A stretch of DNA of 25,623 nucleotides from positions 1-25,623 of the IMG/VR virus record IMGVR_UViG_3300020042_002353. The stretch is one strand, 5' to 3'. The translations under genes and the position numbers were made by a program. Shown here piece after piece: positions 8,145-16,845 of this stretch (the first letter of the stretch is position 1; each line of letters begins with the position of its first letter). Source of the DNA: a virus (taxonomy: Duplodnaviria > Caudoviricetes). The notes beneath the pieces were generated by a model. It had not been told where the DNA came from. It made no database searches and saw nothing but the letters and a program-made list of their open reading frames with translations.

Positions 8145-8823
8145 ATGGAAATTAGGAAAGATTGTAAAACGTTATGGCGGTGGTGGTGGAGGTGGTACAA
8201 CAACTACTGTCACACAAAATATTCCAGAAGAATTTAGACCAGCATTACGTAGAGCACAAGAGAGAGCAGAAGAAGCATATCTTGGGGGTAAACTTGATAA
8301 CGTAGCAGGTGTATCTAATTTACAAGAAAAAGCTTTTGGTATGGGTGATACCATACAACAAGTTGGACAATCAGGTTTAACTACATTACAACAACAAAAT
8401 GCTAGACTAACTGATATGGCTAATACAGGTGGAGCTAACGAGCTTCAAGCTGCTTTAGATTTAGATGTAGGTATGGGTGCTGCTAAGATAGGTCAAGACT
8501 ATGGTGCATCAGGTACATTAGGTTCTTACAGACAAAATTTAGCATCTGCCTCTGCTGAAGACGCTACTAAAGCTAAGTTTGCTCAACAAGTTATAAGTAA
8601 TAAAGGCGCTGCTGAAGCTGCAATTGGTGCTAATGTTGGCGCTCAAGGGTCAGTAACTTCAGGTACTGCATCTAAGCTATCTGACTTAGGCGGTCAACAA
8701 AGAAACATTCAACAACAAATTGAAGATAAAGATTATCAAGCATTACAACGATACGCTTCCACTGTGTATGGTAATCCTGCACGACAATCAGCAACAACAT
8801 CACAAAGTGGAGGTGGTAAATAA
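8137..8823 (+). CDS. Putative ejection/pilot protein (P22 gp7-like architecture)
   Basis: Basic leader MSKWKLGKIVKRY followed by G7 and TTTTVTQ; Ala/Gly/Gln-rich helical body; ends in QSGGGK. Confidence 0.55.
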   Translation: MSKWKLGKIVKRYGGGGGGGTTTTVTQNIPEEFRPALRRAQERAEEAYLGGKLDNVAGVSNLQEKAFGMGDTIQQVGQSGLTTLQQQNARLTDMANTGGANELQAALDLDVGMGAAKIGQDYGASGTLGSYRQNLASASAEDATKAKFAQQVISNKGAAEAAIGANVGAQGSVTSGTASKLSDLGGQQRNIQQQIEDKDYQALQRYASTVYGNPARQSATTSQSGGGK

Positions 8824-9347
8824 TGGCATATGATCCTTGGGATTGGGCTAATAGTAGCTCAGAAAAAAAGGAAACAGTTATAGGTGCTCCTTTATCTAAT
8901 GTTATTGTTCCTTTACAAGCTAGTAATGAACAAATGCAGCCAGGACAGGTTATACAAGAACAACCTAATAGGGATGTAGAGCAGTTAAGAAGTATGGCTA
9001 TTAACAAAGGTGTTGATAAAGGGGCTAGTTACGTTTCAGATAAATATGCAGCTATGAAAGCTGGTCCTATTGGTACTGGTGGCGCTCCTGTAGTAGAACA
9101 AAGCATTATGGCTTCTTCACCAACAATTGCTGCACCAGCAGGAACTATGGCGGGAATGGGTACAGGTACTGCTGCTGCCGCCGCTACTGAAGCTGCTGTA
9201 ACTGCTCCTCTTGCTACTACTGCTTTAACTCCTGTTGCTGCTGGAGCCGCAGGCGGAGCTGCTGAAGCAAGTATGCTTGCTGGTATGGGACCAGTAGGTT
9301 GGGGTGTAGGCGCATTATTGTTAGCTAAATCAATGAATTGGATTTAA
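8823..9347 (+). CDS. Putative ejection protein with Ala/Gly-rich hydrophobic C-terminus
   Basis: AAGAAGGAAEASMLAGMGPVGWGVGALLLA tail; translationally coupled (TAATG). Confidence 0.5.
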   Translation: MAYDPWDWANSSSEKKETVIGAPLSNVIVPLQASNEQMQPGQVIQEQPNRDVEQLRSMAINKGVDKGASYVSDKYAAMKAGPIGTGGAPVVEQSIMASSPTIAAPAGTMAGMGTGTAAAAATEAAVTAPLATTALTPVAAGAAGGAAEASMLAGMGPVGWGVGALLLAKSMNWI

Positions 9348-9349
9348 AA

Positions 9350-12300
9350 ATGGGACCACTATCTGCTAAACAACACAGAGAGTACTTAAAGTTTTCTGCA
9401 CAAGAAGCTAGAGCATCAGACAAAATGGAACGGGAAGAAGCTCGTAAACAACAACTACATGAAATTAAACTTGTAGAAGCTGCTGGTAAAGCTGGACAAA
9501 CTTTAGGTCATAAAGAAGACATTCACAAATATAAGATGGGTACTTTAGGTGCTCCATTAAAAATTAAAACACCTAACCCACTAGCTGGAGCAGAAATATT
9601 TAAACGTGGTCAACACATGTTACCATACCAAGTAGAAGATGCTGCTAAAGCTAGAAAAGCTGCTAAAGAAAATACAGATACCGTACCCGCTATGTTAACC
9701 CCTGGTGAAGCTGTTATTCCTCAACCTGCTGCACAAAATCCTAAGAATAAACCTATTATTAAACGTATGGTTCAAGAAGGTAGAAAAGCTAACAGACGAG
9801 GATATGCTGATGGTACCCTTGATGTTAACATAGATACTGATGGTATTGAAAATGTTGCAAGAGAACTTGCTCAACAATACCTACGTGATGGTTCTGTTAA
9901 CATTGTTAACTCAGATGTTATTCCTAGTAGAGTACAACAAGCTGCTGGATACATGGATGGTAGCTCTAAAGTTTCTGTAAATGCTTCTGGTAGTAAACAA
10001 AAAAGTAAAGATAGAGATTCATCTAATGAAAGTTCTAATTACTTTGGTAGAATTGGTTATAATAGTTCTCCTCTTTCAGTAGGCATAAGTGGAGGGGGTT
10101 ACAAATATTCAGGTAGTAATTCTGAAAATTCTTTTAAAGGTGGTAAGTCGGGTATAACTGGTTTAGATGCTACTTATAATGTTGATAAAAATACATCTTA
10201 TGCTATTGAATTAAAAAGAGCATTAGATCAAAATGATGCTCAAAAAGAACAAGCTAATAAGCAAGTTGAATTTAAATACAGAAAAGAATTTAATGATGGT
10301 ACTTCTGCAGTGCCTCAACTAATGAACTATAACGAAGGTACTATTCAAGTACCAGTACCATCATTAGCATATGAGCATTCAGATGTTCCTGGATCTTCTT
10401 TTAAAGATGGTACAGAAGAAGTACCTAACTTTAGTAGAGGTAGTTCAGCTAGTTATCATTATCAAGGTGGTACTGAAGACGTACCTAAGTTATCAAATGA
10501 AGAATATAGACAACAATTCTTAGAGCAAGAAGAATTAAGTAGACGATTAGCTAACGAAAATAAATCACCTGAAGCTATTTCTGCAGCAATTCCTAAAAAT
10601 GTTGTAGTAGAAAGTACTAAACTATCTGATAGCATAGAATCTGCAGTTCCTCGTTCTGCTTATCCAACAGATGTAACTGAAAGCATGAAGCTTAAAGATG
10701 TACAAGCAAAGATTAATGGTAGTGTTAGTTCAGAATTTGACATTCCAGAAAGACCTTTTAAAAATTTAGGTATGCCTGAAGATTTACCAATGTTTGTTAA
10801 ACCCCAAGTAGTTGTTCCAGTTAATAATAATTTTCCTGCACTTCATTCTACTGGAGAACAAACTACTGATAGTACATATTTTGTTAATAAGCGTATTCCT
10901 AAACCTCAATTAAAAGGTGAAGGACCTTCTACATATTTTCCTGAAGACATTTCTGTAGTTCCTGAAGTTAAAGAACCAGCTCAAGCTAGTGATGCAGAAA
11001 TGGAAGCAATATTAGTTGCTAATGAAAAAGTTGTTCCTCCATTAAAACCAGAAGATGATGAAACAAGACCTGAGTACTGGATTAAACATTTAAGAGGTTC
11101 TCAAAAAGATGTTGACAAAGCTATGGCTAATAAAGATGATGAGTCTGCTATTAAGTCTTTAAGCGATTTGTTTACATACAAAGGTATTAAAAGTATTTTA
11201 GGTTTAAATGATCAAGAGGTTGCTCGATTAGCAGTAGCTACTGTAGCAGGTCGTGCTATGGGTTATGACACTGCTCGTGCATTATCTTATGGTGGTAGAC
11301 AAGCATTTGAAACATCTTTACGTAGACAGGCTCAAGAGGAAGCTAATAAACGTCAAGATAAACAATTAGCTGCTCAAGCTGAACGTGAAGATATGCGTAC
11401 TGCTATTACATTAGCTGGTCAGGCTAAAACTGAAAAGAGAGCTGCTGCTAAAGAAAAATTAGATGAAAAGAAATTAGAATTACAAAATAGAATACAAAAT
11501 GCTAAAGAGGAAAGAGATCGTCAATATCGTATATTCCAAGATTTAAAAGAAGATAATAAATGGACTCATCAACAATCTAAAGATGCTAGAGCAGAGCAAC
11601 AACATCTTCAAGATAAATTACAAACTTATTTAGCCATGGATGTTAATCCTGCAGTAAGATCAAAAGCTTTAGATTTAATAGCTAAGTCTAAAACTCCTGA
11701 AGATTGGTTAAGTAATATGCGTAATGCTACTACATATCTAGCAGCTAACGTTCAACATTATCCTCCTGGATATGGTCGTAAAGGTGGTAGTGGTAGTGGT
11801 GATGACGATGGTGAAGGTGGTGGTAAAACTAAGTATGCTAAAGAACCAAAGATGATGTTTGTAAATGGTCAACTCATGCCAGTTCAATATCATAAAGGTA
11901 ATTACCAAACTATGGATGGTAGACCAATTCCACCTAATGCTGTTAAAACTATTGAAGCCCATCGATATGAAGAAGATACTGTTGCTAATAAAGTTGAAGC
12001 ATTAGTGCCTCAAGGTGCTAAAGATAAAGATGGAAAACCTTTTAATGTTAAAGGACTAGCTAATAATTCTAATAGAATATTATCAGGTATTCCTGGAGGA
12101 TTAACTATTGATAACAAAGCTGATGTTATGAATTTAGTTATTCCTCAACTTGTAGAAAGCGGTGTTCAAGATCCTAGTACTGTTAGGCAAGTTATTCGTG
12201 GTAACCTTGCTAAAACTACAAGTCAATCTGATAAAGATTTGTGGAAGCCTAAAGGTAAAAGTTTATCTGCAAAATCTATGACTGAATTTACTGGTGCTTT

Positions 12301-12526
12301 AGATACAGTTATTAATAATGCTGCTTCAAAAAGTCAAGTAATAGATGACCAAACTGCGTATGAAGCTTTGAAAAGAAACTATAATGCTATACCAGCAGAT
12401 GTTAGAACTAAGATGGAAAAATCTAATCTTACACAAGAGGGTTATAGTACGTTCCAAGATTGGGCTATAGCAACAACAACAGGAAATCCTAAATGGAAAT
12501 CTTACACTGAACCTAAACCAAAATAA
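9350..12526 (+). CDS. Large internal virion/ejection protein with repeated [YF]xxG[TS] motifs
   Basis: ATG 9350 preferred over TTG 9338. Contains TDTVPAMLTPGEAVIP, several aromatic-x-x-G-T/S motifs, an acidic Pro-rich linker and a long coiled coil. Confidence 0.6.
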   Translation: MGPLSAKQHREYLKFSAQEARASDKMEREEARKQQLHEIKLVEAAGKAGQTLGHKEDIHKYKMGTLGAPLKIKTPNPLAGAEIFKRGQHMLPYQVEDAAKARKAAKENTDTVPAMLTPGEAVIPQPAAQNPKNKPIIKRMVQEGRKANRRGYADGTLDVNIDTDGIENVARELAQQYLRDGSVNIVNSDVIPSRVQQAAGYMDGSSKVSVNASGSKQKSKDRDSSNESSNYFGRIGYNSSPLSVGISGGGYKYSGSNSENSFKGGKSGITGLDATYNVDKNTSYAIELKRALDQNDAQKEQANKQVEFKYRKEFNDGTSAVPQLMNYNEGTIQVPVPSLAYEHSDVPGSSFKDGTEEVPNFSRGSSASYHYQGGTEDVPKLSNEEYRQQFLEQEELSRRLANENKSPEAISAAIPKNVVVESTKLSDSIESAVPRSAYPTDVTESMKLKDVQAKINGSVSSEFDIPERPFKNLGMPEDLPMFVKPQVVVPVNNNFPALHSTGEQTTDSTYFVNKRIPKPQLKGEGPSTYFPEDISVVPEVKEPAQASDAEMEAILVANEKVVPPLKPEDDETRPEYWIKHLRGSQKDVDKAMANKDDESAIKSLSDLFTYKGIKSILGLNDQEVARLAVATVAGRAMGYDTARALSYGGRQAFETSLRRQAQEEANKRQDKQLAAQAEREDMRTAITLAGQAKTEKRAAAKEKLDEKKLELQNRIQNAKEERDRQYRIFQDLKEDNKWTHQQSKDARAEQQHLQDKLQTYLAMDVNPAVRSKALDLIAKSKTPEDWLSNMRNATTYLAANVQHYPPGYGRKGGSGSGDDDGEGGGKTKYAKEPKMMFVNGQLMPVQYHKGNYQTMDGRPIPPNAVKTIEAHRYEEDTVANKVEALVPQGAKDKDGKPFNVKGLANNSNRILSGIPGGLTIDNKADVMNLVIPQLVESGVQDPSTVRQVIRGNLAKTTSQSDKDLWKPKGKSLSAKSMTEFTGALDTVINNAASKSQVIDDQTAYEALKRNYNAIPADVRTKMEKSNLTQEGYSTFQDWAIATTTGNPKWKSYTEPKPK

Positions 12527-12543
12527 ACTGAAAAGGGGTTATT

Positions 12544-15500
12544 ATGAAATCGTTAGATGATTATGTTAATGATGTACTTGCTGATAATGCAGCTATAGCC
12601 CCTCCTTCAGGCTCTGCTTTAACTATTAATAACAAACCAACAAAGAATTCTCCAAAATGGATTGACTCTGATACTGTTAAAGTAAACAATAAAGATTATC
12701 GTATTGAAGGTTATAATGCACCTGAAGTTGCGCATAGATATGATGGTATATTCCTTCCTCCACAAGAGCAAGGGGTATCACCTCAAATACCTAAGATACT
12801 TAATCAAGCAGGGTTTACTGACTTACAAACTACAGGTAAAACAAGTTATGATCGTGGAGTAGCTAAGCTTGTTAATCCTAACACTGGTGAAAATGCAGCT
12901 AATTTTTTATCAAGAACAGGTATAATAGAACCTAATAGATTTACTGATAAAGATTCTGCTGATCAATATTATAACACACAAGCTATTATAAGAGCTTTTC
13001 CTGAAAGAGCTAAACGAGATCCTATATTAGCAGAAGTAGTTAAAGAAAATGAACGTAGAGACAAAGAGTTTGCTGAAGCTGGAAGACGCCAGTATGTCCC
13101 TAAGATAAATGCTTTTAACGAAGAACAATATGCTGCATATAAAAACAGTACAGGTATTAAAGGTATTAATAATGCCAGAGATACTATTAAAAAGATTGAT
13201 GCTATATTAGCTAGTGAAGGTAGACCTGAATTAACACCTGACTTTAATGCAGTAGGTTTTGAGGGTGCTATGTCTTATACAACAGGTGGTGGACAACAAA
13301 TACCTCCTGAAATTAAGGCTAAGTTACTTAAACAAAGAGAAGCAGCACAACAACAGATGTTTACTTCTTCTTATTTACCTGATGTAGTAGGTGGTGTACA
13401 GTTTCGTAGTAATGATAGAACTATAATGAACCAAGCCAATGATCAAATGAGTACTAGTTTTTATAGTGCTCTTAAAGATATGTCTAAGGGTTTTTGGGGT
13501 AACGTAGAAATGGTTGGTGAGAAGACTGGTTGGGATGAACTTAAAGACAATGCTAAAGCACATGTCAATAGTATTAAGATGACTCAAGCAAATTTACCAG
13601 CAACATTATCTTCATTTAGAGATATTAATACTGATGCAGGATGGTGGAATACAGCTAAAGATTCATTAACTTATACAGGTAATTTATTTGCAGGTACATT
13701 ACCTCAAATGACTACTTTAATAGCTTCTGCTTATCTTACTGGTGGTTCTTCTTTAGGTATAGCTTTATCTACAGTACCTGGTTCTTTCTTTTATGCAGGT
13801 CAATTTTATGCTGATCAACCTGATGATAAAAAGAATGCTGCATTAGCTGTTACTGCTGGTGTAGGTTCAGGTGTATTAGATAGGTTAGGTCTTGAATTTT
13901 TATCTGGTAAGTTAGGTTCTGGATTGTTTACTGTTACAGGTAAAGAAGAAGTTATTAATGCTATGATTCAAAACGGTAAAGCAGCAACTAGATTAGAAGC
14001 TGAAAACCTTCTTCAAAATGCTACTAAACAAGAGATATTAGCATTAACAGGTTTTGGAAAAGAATTTGCTACAAAACAATTATTATCTATAGAAGGCGCT
14101 GCTAAAGCAAGTGGTAAAGCATCTATAGCTGGTTTTGGTGAAGGTGGTACTGAGTTATTACAACAAGAACTGCAAATGCTAGGTCAATCAGGTCAATTTA
14201 ATCGTAATTATAAATATGATTTAAGTTATAAAGATCAATTAGAAGATGCCTTTGTTGGTGGTTCTATTATGGGTTTTGGTTTTCATGGAGCAAGAGGCGT
14301 AACTGATATGGCTGGATGGCATTCAGCAGTAGACGCTCAAAGACTTTATGATAAAACTGTTAGTGATTCTCAAGCTTTTCAAGCGGATAACCAAGAAAGA
14401 TTAGCAAATAATAATGGGGGATATGTTGACGTTACTCAATTAGCTAGACAAACTGCTGTTCAACCATCAAATTATGCTGATACTTCTTTAACTAATTTAC
14501 CTACAAATAAGGGATGGTTTGAAGGTGTTAAACAAACAATAGCTAATCCATTATCTTTGTGGAAACAATTAAGTCATACTGCTATACCAAGTATTACCGA
14601 TGATAATGGTAATTTTAAATACAACTTAGCTTATCTTAAATCTATAATGGGTGGTTTTGGTATATTACCAGGAGACTCTGCTTCTGTATTTCAACAAAAG
14701 TTAATGGGTAAATGGTCTGATGGTGGAGCATATGATTTAGCTTCTAGATTAGCTGGAACAATGGGTTTTGGTGTTAACAAACAATCTGTTAACCAAATGG
14801 TTAAAGAAGCATATGATAACTATTGGTCTCAAGGTCTTCAATTACCTGTAAGTACTTATCAAGAACAAGTATTACAAGATTGGAAAAACAATTTGGATAA
14901 AACTAGATTGTCTATGATGCAATCTGCTATTGATGCTGGATTACCATTTAGCCATTTAGCAGATGAAAATGCTTTGTTTCAATCATCTCGTATTGATATC
15001 CCTAAGCTTAATAGTAATAAACCTCTTATTGTAAATGAAATGGTTAATAGTGGAGCAACAAGATCTGAAGCTACTACTGCTGTTAATAATCTTAACAGCC
15101 CTAATAAAGCAAAAGCAAGTGCTGCCGTAGATTATTTATCTCAATATGGTTTCTTTACTAACCCTAATTTACAAAATATATTTCAAAGTAATATTCTTGA
15201 TAGTATTGAGCATATGAAAGAAAGAACTGCACAACAAGTTATGCACGCAACTTATCTTGGAAAAGATGGTAATATCCTTGGTAAGCTTTTATTAGCAGCT
15301 AAAGATGCAGGTGAGTTTAATGATTCTAATGGTGTGTTTGATGAGAAAGCTTTTAAAGCTGCAACAACAGAAGTAAAAGCATGGTATGATATTACTAATA
15401 ATGACTACAACAATATTGAAAGTCCTTTCTTAGCTTCTACCCAAAACTATTTAGTTACTGCAACATTGTTAGCTTCATTATCTAAAGCAGCTATTTCTTC

Positions 15501-16845
15501 TCAAGCTGAAGCTACATTAGCAACATTAGGTACACCTGCTAAACTATTAGGAAAACAATTATCTACATACGCCAGTGAGTATGCTACTGAATATGCTACT
15601 GATATGGCTAAGGGAGCCTCATTTGCAGCATCATTGTTTGGTATTAAACATTTGAGAGAAGTTCCTGATGTAAATTTACAATCAAGATTAGATAAATTAA
15701 ATGACAAATTAAATGCACCTAATGCTTCTCAAGAGTCTCTTGATGAAACACAAAAAGAAATTGATGAGTTACATGAGCGTTATTTTAATAGAAAAACATT
15801 TAGCAGATTAGGTTTTGCTGAAGTTGGTTTTGATGCATCTAATAAATATGATTTTGGTGGTACAGACACTAACAAACTACGTAAGATTATGGGTGTGTTT
15901 GTCTCTGCTATTTCTTTAAGAGCACAGACAGATGCTAACCGCATGGCAGTACTTAGTATTGCTGGTGATATTATGATGACTCAGCTTAATACTCTTAGCA
16001 ATGTTGATCCTGCTATTCGTGATGTTGCATTTGCTACTGGTCAAGGTTTAACTGTAGAACAACAACAAGCTTTAATTCAATTACAACAATATGGTTTAAA
16101 TGTACCTCATATGCTTAATGCAATAGATGTTATGGGAAGCCAATTTAATATGTCTCCTTTTGAAGGTAACTTTTTAAATACAGAACAAAACGCCCCTATG
16201 TACGAAGCTATACAAGATAATATTTACACTGCATTAATTAACTTTGTTGATTCTCGTGTTGTTAATCCACAACCATTTAACACACCAAAGATTTATAATG
16301 ATCCACGGTTTAAAATGATTACTACTATGCAAAAGTTTATGGGTACAGCTACAGCAGTTCTATTACCTAGATTATATAAGCAACACATACTTAATGGTAG
16401 TGTTGGTATGCGTTATGATGCTTTTGCTACTATGGGTATGACCTTAATTATGAGTGCTTTTGTTAATATATTTAAAGATCAAATCTCTTATGGAGAAGAT
16501 AGTCCTTATGTAAAAAGTAGAGCAAAGAAAGCTCAACGCATTTTAAATTCATCAGGCTTACTTGGTCAAGCAGAAAAGATAACAGAAGCTATATCACCTA
16601 CTATTGAATTTAGTAGTGCTAAATTTACAGAAAATCCTGCGGGATGGGCTGTAGATAAAGCTAAAGGTATATCACCTGTTGTATCATGGGTAGCTAAACC
16701 CATTGAAGGGGCATATGATATATCAGAAGGTAAAGATCTAAAGGGCGCTAAAAAGATAATGAGGGCTATGCCTGTTATCGGTAGCTTTCCTGCAGCAAGT
16801 AATTATACAGCAGAAGAATTTGTAAATGCTTTTAAGGGAAAATAA
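12544..16845 (+). CDS. Large internal virion/ejection protein with N-terminal SNase (thermonuclease)-like domain
   Basis: 1433 aa. WIDSDTVKV...YRIEGYNAPE...SYDRGVAKL resembles SNase motifs; central Gly/Ala-rich hydrophobic segments; helical C-terminus; RBS AAGGGG. Confidence 0.6.
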   Translation: MKSLDDYVNDVLADNAAIAPPSGSALTINNKPTKNSPKWIDSDTVKVNNKDYRIEGYNAPEVAHRYDGIFLPPQEQGVSPQIPKILNQAGFTDLQTTGKTSYDRGVAKLVNPNTGENAANFLSRTGIIEPNRFTDKDSADQYYNTQAIIRAFPERAKRDPILAEVVKENERRDKEFAEAGRRQYVPKINAFNEEQYAAYKNSTGIKGINNARDTIKKIDAILASEGRPELTPDFNAVGFEGAMSYTTGGGQQIPPEIKAKLLKQREAAQQQMFTSSYLPDVVGGVQFRSNDRTIMNQANDQMSTSFYSALKDMSKGFWGNVEMVGEKTGWDELKDNAKAHVNSIKMTQANLPATLSSFRDINTDAGWWNTAKDSLTYTGNLFAGTLPQMTTLIASAYLTGGSSLGIALSTVPGSFFYAGQFYADQPDDKKNAALAVTAGVGSGVLDRLGLEFLSGKLGSGLFTVTGKEEVINAMIQNGKAATRLEAENLLQNATKQEILALTGFGKEFATKQLLSIEGAAKASGKASIAGFGEGGTELLQQELQMLGQSGQFNRNYKYDLSYKDQLEDAFVGGSIMGFGFHGARGVTDMAGWHSAVDAQRLYDKTVSDSQAFQADNQERLANNNGGYVDVTQLARQTAVQPSNYADTSLTNLPTNKGWFEGVKQTIANPLSLWKQLSHTAIPSITDDNGNFKYNLAYLKSIMGGFGILPGDSASVFQQKLMGKWSDGGAYDLASRLAGTMGFGVNKQSVNQMVKEAYDNYWSQGLQLPVSTYQEQVLQDWKNNLDKTRLSMMQSAIDAGLPFSHLADENALFQSSRIDIPKLNSNKPLIVNEMVNSGATRSEATTAVNNLNSPNKAKASAAVDYLSQYGFFTNPNLQNIFQSNILDSIEHMKERTAQQVMHATYLGKDGNILGKLLLAAKDAGEFNDSNGVFDEKAFKAATTEVKAWYDITNNDYNNIESPFLASTQNYLVTATLLASLSKAAISSQAEATLATLGTPAKLLGKQLSTYASEYATEYATDMAKGASFAASLFGIKHLREVPDVNLQSRLDKLNDKLNAPNASQESLDETQKEIDELHERYFNRKTFSRLGFAEVGFDASNKYDFGGTDTNKLRKIMGVFVSAISLRAQTDANRMAVLSIAGDIMMTQLNTLSNVDPAIRDVAFATGQGLTVEQQQALIQLQQYGLNVPHMLNAIDVMGSQFNMSPFEGNFLNTEQNAPMYEAIQDNIYTALINFVDSRVVNPQPFNTPKIYNDPRFKMITTMQKFMGTATAVLLPRLYKQHILNGSVGMRYDAFATMGMTLIMSAFVNIFKDQISYGEDSPYVKSRAKKAQRILNSSGLLGQAEKITEAISPTIEFSSAKFTENPAGWAVDKAKGISPVVSWVAKPIEGAYDISEGKDLKGAKKIMRAMPVIGSFPAASNYTAEEFVNAFKGK

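Noticed and set aside
8176-8208. GGT and ACA trinucleotide runs as a DNA repeat or contingency locus
   Set aside because: Codons are mixed (GGC/GGT/GGA), so the repeat is at the protein level (poly-Gly, poly-Thr).
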